Shown: piece after piece, positions 35,336 through 41,485 of the stretch
Layout: every line of letters starts with the position of its first letter
How positions within the stretch are numbered: position 1 is the stretch's first letter
Virus record (IMG/VR): IMGVR_UViG_3300005611_000065
Span: 1 to 41,485 of that record
DNA: 41,485 nucleotides
Direction: 5' to 3' (one strand)
Source: a virus
Lineage: Duplodnaviria > Caudoviricetes
Notes under the pieces: model-generated
Databases searched by the model: none
What the model was told of the DNA's origin: nothing
What the model saw: only the letters and a program-made list of their open reading frames with translations
Position numbers and translations under genes: made by a program

Positions 35336-35999
35336 GTGTGTACCTCGGCTCTTTTAATGTTGATGCTTTAATATGTTTCCCACTAACAATTCTAAAATGT
35401 GGAGTTTCTGAAATGCTGTTAAGTTCTGGGGTTTTGCAAGACATTTTCCCAACAGGAACCTCATTGAAAACATCCGAGACTATTCTGCTAAAAAAATCTG
35501 CAAAATCTTTATTTTCAGATATTTCTATATTCTCAAGCCTTGGATTTTCGTTCAGATTCATTGACGTTCTTACCACAATATCCCATTTATCATTTCTGAT
35601 AACCATAAATTTTGCATGGGTATTTATAGCGCGAATACTATCGGCCCCAAATAATCCTGCCATGTGTTCGTAGTATTTTGGTTGCCGAGTTTTGAAAGAT
35701 CTGTCGACAATCATTTTAAATGATAGCACACTAGCGGCCTCCATTAACTCGGCAGACCTGTCTAAGTGGGCGTGTGCTGCTGTCCATGTGCTGATAGCAA
35801 CGTGTGCCGGGCCAGTTTGGTCTAGTATCGCGACAAGCGCATCAATTAGAGAAAATTGACCATATGTCAGGACAAAAGTATCAGTGTTTTTCTCTATATT
35901 TCCAATAGCTTGATTTGCCGATCCCAGTTTACAAGCTATTATTTTTTTGTTTTTATTGTTCTTTTTAAATGCTTTTTGTTCCATGTTGTTACACCTCAT
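35298..35999 (-). CDS. Phospholipase D-fold protein (putative nuclease)
   Basis: THAKFMVI (HxK) followed by TSMNLNENPRLE; canonical HKD spacing is imperfect. Confidence 0.65.
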   Translation of the reverse strand: MRCNNMEQKAFKKNNKNKKIIACKLGSANQAIGNIEKNTDTFVLTYGQFSLIDALVAILDQTGPAHVAISTWTAAHAHLDRSAELMEAASVLSFKMIVDRSFKTRQPKYYEHMAGLFGADSIRAINTHAKFMVIRNDKWDIVVRTSMNLNENPRLENIEISENKDFADFFSRIVSDVFNEVPVGKMSCKTPELNSISETPHFRIVSGKHIKASTLKEPRYTHELRDGKCAEAG

Positions 36000-36210
36000 T
36001 TTTTATTCCGATTTTTTCAGCATCTTCAACTGTCAGCACTATTCCTGCTGGATGCTCATATCTAGCTGACAGTGGAGATCCACCAACCGGGTATACATTT
36101 TCATCGAGCATGGTAACTGGTTCTCCATCACTCGCGTACAGGATCACCGCGTTACCGTCTCCGTTAAGACGGTAAAAAATCTTTCCAATTTCGTCACTGT
36201 ATTTTTTCAT
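35989..36210 (-). CDS. Hypothetical protein
   Basis: GGAG RBS before the ATG at 36210. Confidence 0.55.
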   Translation of the reverse strand: MKKYSDEIGKIFYRLNGDGNAVILYASDGEPVTMLDENVYPVGGSPLSARYEHPAGIVLTVEDAEKIGIKNEV

Positions 36211-36229
36211 TTTTTTTAATCTCCGTTTT

Positions 36230-36577
36230 TTATGAGTTCCAGCGGAGCCGGCGACATCCGAGGATACCACCACGGCTATCTCTTACCAGATCATCAGGCA
36301 CGAACAGGTCCTGACGATTTGATGCTCCTTGTACGAGTCCAGACACGATGAGAATAGTGTCTGGCCTTTGCTCGGGAAGTCCTTCAATCTCCCCGAAATT
36401 TGATTCCCATAATGGAATTTCTACATCATTTCCACTATCACTAGTGGCAGCAATTGAGGCGACGAATGCTGACCTGCTAGCAACTCTAGCAACTCCCTGT
36501 GATTCCCAAACAGCGAGTAAATCGTCATTTTCACCGATCAAATGTATCGGGTGAGGGGTTAAATTGATTACATTCAT
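36230..36577 (-). CDS. Conserved phage hypothetical protein (NLTPH motif)
   Basis: INLTPH.I, GLPE......IVS.LV, R.DL.VP..LVRD..G.I.GC. Confidence 0.8.
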   Translation of the reverse strand: MNVINLTPHPIHLIGENDDLLAVWESQGVARVASRSAFVASIAATSDSGNDVEIPLWESNFGEIEGLPEQRPDTILIVSGLVQGASNRQDLFVPDDLVRDSRGGILGCRRLRWNS

Positions 36578-36598
36578 TTTTTTCTCCTTTTTTTTAAT

Positions 36599-37018
36599 TT
36601 AAACAATCCATTCAAGTTCAAACCCCCATGGGTTCGAGCTCTGTCTAGTTACGTCGAATCCAAGTCTTTTCAGATACCTGGCATAACAGTCAAGCCTTCT
36701 TTTATCAGTTGGCGCGGCATCAGCTTTCCAACCACTAAACTCCTCTTTTATGAAAGAAAGTACTTCTTTCATAAATTTCTGGAATTCAGCAGCCGATGAG
36801 GCGCTGGTAAATTTGTTTCTACCAGCAAACCCATCTTTGTCTATTTTAGACATCTTGGCTTTTCCGTGTGGCATTGCCAAAATGTCAAGACCGAAGAGGT
36901 AACCGTTGCAAACGTTCATGCTTGCAACGTATTTATATCCTTTGACTTTCATGATGAAAGTCAGAGAGCATAGAGGCTCACCATAATTGTCCTCTACTCT
37001 TTCTATGATTCTCATCAT
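36599..37018 (-). CDS. Hypothetical protein
   Basis: First gene after a promoter. Confidence 0.6.
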   Translation of the reverse strand: MMRIIERVEDNYGEPLCSLTFIMKVKGYKYVASMNVCNGYLFGLDILAMPHGKAKMSKIDKDGFAGRNKFTSASSAAEFQKFMKEVLSFIKEEFSGWKADAAPTDKRRLDCYARYLKRLGFDVTRQSSNPWGFELEWIV

Positions 37019-37075
37019 TTTTTGTTTCCCCCTGTTTTTTTCAGTTTAGGCTTAATTGCCCCTCTCTATAATTAC

Positions 37076-37103
37076 AGTATACACTATACAGGTGTGTGGT
37101 CAA
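37076..37103 (-). promoter_or_regulatory. Sigma70-like promoter
   Basis: TTGACC-16 bp-TATACT on the - strand. Confidence 0.6.
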
Positions 37104-37241
37104 GAAAAAAACGCATATACTTTATTTTTTTTTACTAAGCTATATTTTGCGTTTTAAGCGCTTTTTTGGTTCTGCCTATACCGAACTATACCAATTGCCA
37201 TTTGCGTTAAGCCTTGGTGCCGTTTTGCGCGTTCTGTGCTG

Positions 37242-37451
37242 CTATAAGACTTTGCGCATGATTATGACTTTGTATCTGTATTTATGATCTTCAAGGTTGA
37301 TGGCAAATCCATCAGCCTTGTCAGTATTATTTACGCTATCAAGTTGAAAACCTCCTATTGTAGCCATTGTCGCAGCGATTTCACCTGTAAATTCATCTGG
37401 CGTCATTCCGTTGATGCTCGCCCATTCTTTGATACTCATTTTCAATTTCAT
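37242..37451 (-). CDS. Hypothetical protein
   Basis: GAGGG RBS. Confidence 0.55.
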   Translation of the reverse strand: MKLKMSIKEWASINGMTPDEFTGEIAATMATIGGFQLDSVNNTDKADGFAINLEDHKYRYKVIIMRKVL

Positions 37452-37485
37452 TTTTCCCTCACCCCTCTAAAATTAAAAAAAACAA

Positions 37486-37786
37486 ACTATACAAAAAAAA
37501 CAAAACCCCTCGCGTATATAACGAAAAACCATGTTTTTGGTAAATGGTAAAGAATCTCTTGTATATTTGTATAATGTATATATATACCCCTATATATACA
37601 TATAAAACCCTCTACTGACGCGGGATTCCAATTATACAAAAAAGTTTGTATATTTTCTTGTATATTGACTTTTTTTGTATAAATATACAATTATACAAAA
37701 TATACAAAGGTATCGTGGTATTTTATACAAAGTCAGTTTTTGTATAGTTTTTCTGCAAAATATACAAATATACAAATTATACAAAA
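37486..37786. repeat. Putative replication origin with TATACAA iterons
   Basis: About 15 copies of TATACAA/TTGTATA in both orientations in very AT-rich DNA directly after the primase-helicase stop. Confidence 0.75.
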
Positions 37787-39916
37787 TCACTTTACCAGCC
37801 TGTAAGCTGTCACTGATTTCGATTCATCGAGATAAATTTCACCTCTTTTCACCAAAATCTCGATGATACTTTTTGAGTATTTTCGTTGCCAGTTTTTGAG
37901 CGCTTTTTGCCTGTTTGCCATTAATCCAAAAGTTGGCCGCTGTCCGGTAAGTGTCGCCTGGGCGATTGCCTTTTTGAACAGCTCACAATCATGGTGAAAT
38001 TCACCAGTGGTGATGCTGTTTATCAGTGTCCTGACCTTCCACAACGACAACATCTTTGCGACTGAATAGCCCCACTGAAGATCAATAAATTCCATTGGCT
38101 CATATATTTTATTTGCTGGCCTGGTGCCGCCTATGTGAATTAAAGCATATTTAACGGCCATATCAAAAGCCCTGGATATAACACCTCCGGCACCGTCTCC
38201 CTCACTGTTGTCGTTTATTGCGTCGGTGGTCTCTCTTGACATCTGCTCGTAAAGGGAAAGGCAATGGCTCGTCATTCCTATATCTTTTGGCTGGTTGGTA
38301 ACATGGTGCAAATCACCAAGAACCGAGTTAGTAATCGCCTTTATCCCGAGCGCAAAAGAATCAAGAATAGCATTGCTATCTTCCCTAACTCCGCGATATG
38401 GCACTTTTCCGTCATAGACAAAGAAATCAATTCTTGGAATAAAACCTGTTGTGAAATCGCTTTGAGTTATCGCGTCAAAAATAACAGGCGTTGCGTTCCC
38501 GGTGAATGTTAAACATGGACTATCAACAACTATCGAGTTTTTAGCATTGCCGAACGATTTATTTATGTACCCACCAGACTTTGAGTAGATATCAAGAAGA
38601 GCATCCCTCTTGCTATCGGCTATTGGATCGTTGTTACTGTATTTTTTGAAAATAGAGGTCACTTCGTCGATCGCAAGGATTGTTATTGGCTTTTCAGAAA
38701 TCCCCCGGTAAAGCCCTGCGCCAGATGCGATATCTGTCATTCCGTAAAATCCAGAGATTCCCACGTTCTTGAGTGAGTTGTACATTTCCCGATCTGAAAC
38801 AGATTTGCCGCTCGACGTTGGGCCTACTTTTACCGCAAAGATATTTGGCCATGTTCCTTTGCAGGTGATCTTTCCGGCAAGCGCGTTGGCTATTACTGCG
38901 CAAACAACCGGGAAAGAATATTGTGGAATATTTGGCATTCCTGGCTGTGATAGCCCGTTCATCCCGTCGTTGAATATGCCACCAGGGTATAGCATTTCGT
39001 CGGTCAGAGGCGTGCTCATTTTGGTGTCGTTACAGCTCAAATCCTCAACAGTCATGAACCGCAATTTTCCAGGCTGTAACGCCGCGAGAGTTTTTTTCTC
39101 TCCAACCTCACAAAACATATCGTTAAAATCAGACCCTTCAATTCCTTCAGGATAAACGTGGTGACAACCAATGTTTTCAGAAATTCTTTTTCCTGTCTGT
39201 AATCCTACATTCTTCTCTTTTTTATGGTCGTTGTCTGATGCTATCACAATGTTTTTGTAGATAGTTGCGGCAAACTCGGCAACTGGTTGCATGTTTCCTG
39301 CGTCTATGGCAACGAGCACCTTACACCCGGTCAATTCATTTATCGTTGCACCAGTCGCGAATCCCTCACAGATATAAACGATATCATTATCACCATCTAT
39401 TATATGACAGCACCCTTTCTTTTTCCCTCCAAAATAGAGCTTTTTCTCTCCGCTTGGGAATATCCGTTGCAGCGTTGAAAATCTTCCCTCCTGATCGTAT
39501 ATAGGGATTAACAGCTCACCTCCTGACACCCTTGCAGCGTGTGGCCTTATCCGCTTGTTGTCCAGATAATCATGGCCGCATATTTCAGCGTTGTTATATA
39601 TGTACTCAGACATTACCGACGCAAGTAAGTTGCACTCCTCGCGCCTCTTTTTGGCCTCGTTCCTCATCAGAGCAAGGGCCGCAAGGTCAGCGCTTGACAA
39701 TCCTTTTTCAGCACCGTTTCCGGGGAATTTTATTTGATCCCCTGTTTCCCAATTGCCAATTGTAGCAAAAAGCCTATCTCCGATATTCACAGCATAGTAC
39801 CAGCCATTGCGCTCGCTAGGCTTGTTATCAGTTGGAACGCGCTGGCATGTTGAGTCTGCAATGATATCAGAGACAACAACACCTATTTCCGCGGCCCTGC
39901 TTATAAAGTCGTTCAT
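37787..39916 (-). CDS. Primase-helicase (TOPRIM plus P-loop NTPase)
   Basis: ICEGFATG, IASDND, DFND TOPRIM motifs; GPTSSGKS Walker A; IDE Walker B. Confidence 0.92.
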   Translation of the reverse strand: MNDFISRAAEIGVVVSDIIADSTCQRVPTDNKPSERNGWYYAVNIGDRLFATIGNWETGDQIKFPGNGAEKGLSSADLAALALMRNEAKKRREECNLLASVMSEYIYNNAEICGHDYLDNKRIRPHAARVSGGELLIPIYDQEGRFSTLQRIFPSGEKKLYFGGKKKGCCHIIDGDNDIVYICEGFATGATINELTGCKVLVAIDAGNMQPVAEFAATIYKNIVIASDNDHKKEKNVGLQTGKRISENIGCHHVYPEGIEGSDFNDMFCEVGEKKTLAALQPGKLRFMTVEDLSCNDTKMSTPLTDEMLYPGGIFNDGMNGLSQPGMPNIPQYSFPVVCAVIANALAGKITCKGTWPNIFAVKVGPTSSGKSVSDREMYNSLKNVGISGFYGMTDIASGAGLYRGISEKPITILAIDEVTSIFKKYSNNDPIADSKRDALLDIYSKSGGYINKSFGNAKNSIVVDSPCLTFTGNATPVIFDAITQSDFTTGFIPRIDFFVYDGKVPYRGVREDSNAILDSFALGIKAITNSVLGDLHHVTNQPKDIGMTSHCLSLYEQMSRETTDAINDNSEGDGAGGVISRAFDMAVKYALIHIGGTRPANKIYEPMEFIDLQWGYSVAKMLSLWKVRTLINSITTGEFHHDCELFKKAIAQATLTGQRPTFGLMANRQKALKNWQRKYSKSIIEILVKRGEIYLDESKSVTAYRLVK

Positions 39917-40170
39917 TGGCTACTGCCTCCAATCAGTTTACAGTTTTCTTTTTTGCACGTCTTGCGGTTCAACCACTCGTCAACAAGTCGGCTGCTCCGG
40001 TCAAGACACCAATCCTCGTCATAAATATGCTTTTCACAGTCATGGCAGTGCGGCTCGAAATGCTCGCACCTGTCGCATATCTTTTGTGGTGGTGATGCCT
40101 TATTGTAGTGCGTGCAAAAGTTGTTAATATTGTTTTTGCAGCGCATTTTTAACCCCCTTCTTTTCATCAA
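39913..40170 (-). CDS. Small Cys-rich protein
   Basis: Multiple CxxC motifs; ATGA overlap with the primase gene; start uncertain. Confidence 0.5.
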   Translation of the reverse strand: MMKRRGLKMRCKNNINNFCTHYNKASPPQKICDRCEHFEPHCHDCEKHIYDEDWCLDRSSRLVDEWLNRKTCKKENCKLIGGSSQ

Positions 40171-40300
40171 CTTGCAACTGCACCCACAATTTAAAAACAG
40201 CGCTTATCGTCTGGCCTGTCCGTTTTGCCTCCTTTTCTATCCACGAATATTGGTCTACGGTTAAATTCCTAATGGTAATGCTCAAATCCTTTCTACTCAT
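40124..40300 (-). CDS. Arc/RHH-like regulator (58 aa)
   Basis: MSRKDLSITIRNLTVDQYSWIEKEAKRTGQTISAVFK...; AGGAGG RBS. Confidence 0.6.
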   Translation of the reverse strand: MSRKDLSITIRNLTVDQYSWIEKEAKRTGQTISAVFKLWVQLQVDEKKGVKNALQKQY

Positions 40301-40342
40301 TTTTAAAGCCCTCCTATATTTTTATATTTTTTTTACACTTGC

Positions 40343-40386
40343 AATGTACTTTTTTTCTTGACAGTAGGCAAGAAAAAAATTAAAAC
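40343..40386. promoter_or_regulatory. Overlapping divergent promoters
   Basis: + strand TTGACA(40358)-17-TAAAAC; - strand TTGCCT(40371)-17-TACATT. Confidence 0.6.
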
Positions 40387-40446
40387 AGTAATCATCAAGA
40401 CACGGAAATGGTTCCATGTCGCACCTAAAAAAAAAGGAGATTTAAA

Positions 40447-40830
40447 ATGAAACTTGACGAACTCTGCAAGAAGGCCATTCTGCTGAAGCAATCCCTAGAC
40501 GCAACAAAAAGGGAACTCGATTCTGTTAACTTAGAAATTGAGTCTGGCTTCCATGAACAAAACATTGTGGAAGGTGTTTTACACGCCTCCGGTGATCTAT
40601 ACAAGGTCACTGTCACAAAGAAACTGAACAGGTCACTTGACATCGAAGCGTACCAGTCACTCGACCTGCCAGAAAATGCGCAGTTCGTCGACTTCAAACC
40701 GTCAATAAACCTCAAACGAATGAGGGCCGTTGAACAGCTTGAGCCTTCTATAATTGAGGCATGTGTCACCGTAAAACCTGCGAAGTCAACAATCAAAATT
40801 GAAGAGGAAGAGGTCAAAGATGGAAATTAA
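40447..40830 (+). CDS. Conserved phage recombination-module protein
   Basis: AGGAG RBS; coiled-coil then YKVTVTKKLNRSLD...TVKPAK; upstream of the Sak4-like gene. Confidence 0.7.
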   Translation: MKLDELCKKAILLKQSLDATKRELDSVNLEIESGFHEQNIVEGVLHASGDLYKVTVTKKLNRSLDIEAYQSLDLPENAQFVDFKPSINLKRMRAVEQLEPSIIEACVTVKPAKSTIKIEEEEVKDGN

Positions 40831-41485
40831 AAAATTAAGCGAAACCACGCGCGGGGCGGGTACCTTCCTGATATACTCAGGTTCAGGCTCAGGAAAAACT
40901 TACTCACTGTCAACCCTGCCAACGAGCGAAACGCTAATCATAAACATTGAGCATGGACTTCGCACGCTTGATGCAATATGCCCGGATATGGACGTTGCCA
41001 ACATTGAAACCATGCAGGATATGCGAGATGTTGTCAAGTATATTCCAGACTACAAATATATAGCGCTTGATTCTGTGTCAGCGCTTGCGAGTTTATCTCT
41101 TAAAGAAGCAAAGGCAAACACAAAGGACGGGAGACAGGCCTATATGGCTATGGCGGATCAAGTTGAAAATATTGTAAACTACTTTGTCAAACTACCGCAG
41201 GCGGTAATACTCATAGCGCAAGAGGGACGAGTAAACGCTGAAGAGGCTGGACTGTTCGATTATACCTACTGTCCTGAGCTACCCGGTAAAAAATTTGCTG
41301 CGTCGCTTCCGTTCCTTGTTGATTTCGTCTGGGCCTTGCGTGTAAAACAGGCAGAAACAGAAAACGGGAACGTGACAGAGCGAAGATTCCAAACCGGGAT
41401 GGATGGATCAGGCGACTATCTGGCCAAGAGCCGGTCACAGGCTTTTAACATTTTCGAGGAACCAAACTGGAAAAATATCTTTTCC
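40820..41485 (+). CDS. AAA_24/Sak4-like ATPase (3'-truncated, missing from the ORF track)
   Basis: 222 open codons: LIYSGSGSGKT Walker A, IINIEHG, ALDSVS Walker B, DGRQAY, P.LPG, YLAKSR. Confidence 0.9.
   Translation, partial: MEIKKLSETTRGAGTFLIYSGSGSGKTYSLSTLPTSETLIINIEHGLRTLDAICPDMDVANIETMQDMRDVVKYIPDYKYIALDSVSALASLSLKEAKANTKDGRQAYMAMADQVENIVNYFVKLPQAVILIAQEGRVNAEEAGLFDYTYCPELPGKKFAASLPFLVDFVWALRVKQAETENGNVTERRFQTGMDGSGDYLAKSRSQAFNIFEEPNWKNIFS

Larger units (their letters stand above)
1..41485. mobile_element. Tailed dsDNA bacteriophage genome (siphovirus-like), apparently near-complete and circularly permuted
   Basis: Full ordered set of TerS-TerL-portal-head-tail-tape measure-lysis genes plus a replication module. 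Both ends fall in the same gene family. No host housekeeping genes. Confidence 0.95.

Noticed and set aside
37487-37866. ORFs 37487-37690 and 37675-37866
   Set aside because: They are low-complexity translations of the iteron region.
41290-41485. Direct terminal repeat with 1-194
   Set aside because: The similarity is at protein level with many substitutions and indels, so it is not an assembly overlap or DTR.
1-41485. tRNA genes, stop-codon recoding, and host assignment
   Set aside because: No cloverleaf was recognised, core genes are intact under the standard code, and the sequence alone does not identify the host.

Overview
The window is an apparently near-complete genome of a tailed dsDNA phage with a siphovirus-type gene order. 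The virion and lysis arm runs on the - strand (about 34.1 kb down to 12 kb: TerS, TerL, portal, head, tail, tape measure, fibre, lysis). The replication/recombination module wraps across the window ends (primase-helicase with an iteron-rich ori, Sak4-like ATPase, DUF669-like SSB, Cas4-like exonuclease, SF2 helicase, VRR-NUC). I see no integrase, DNA polymerase, tRNA or CRISPR array. The most striking unexplained structure is a phage-borne array of integron-type attC sites at 4.4-6.9 kb. Its cassette ends are exactly complementary, its genes are inverted relative to canonical cassettes, a strong promoter precedes it, and no IntI is present. Other highlights: (i) the two window ends encode divergent alleles of the same Sak4 C-terminus, one tied to an HNH-AP2 endonuclease with a switch-like leader; (ii) a GIY-YIG-like nuclease carries a duplicated TerS HTH directly upstream of TerS; (iii) an 81-bp-repeat BspA/DUF285-like protein with hypervariable positions is inserted in the head module. 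All product calls come from motif recognition by eye; no database searches were run.
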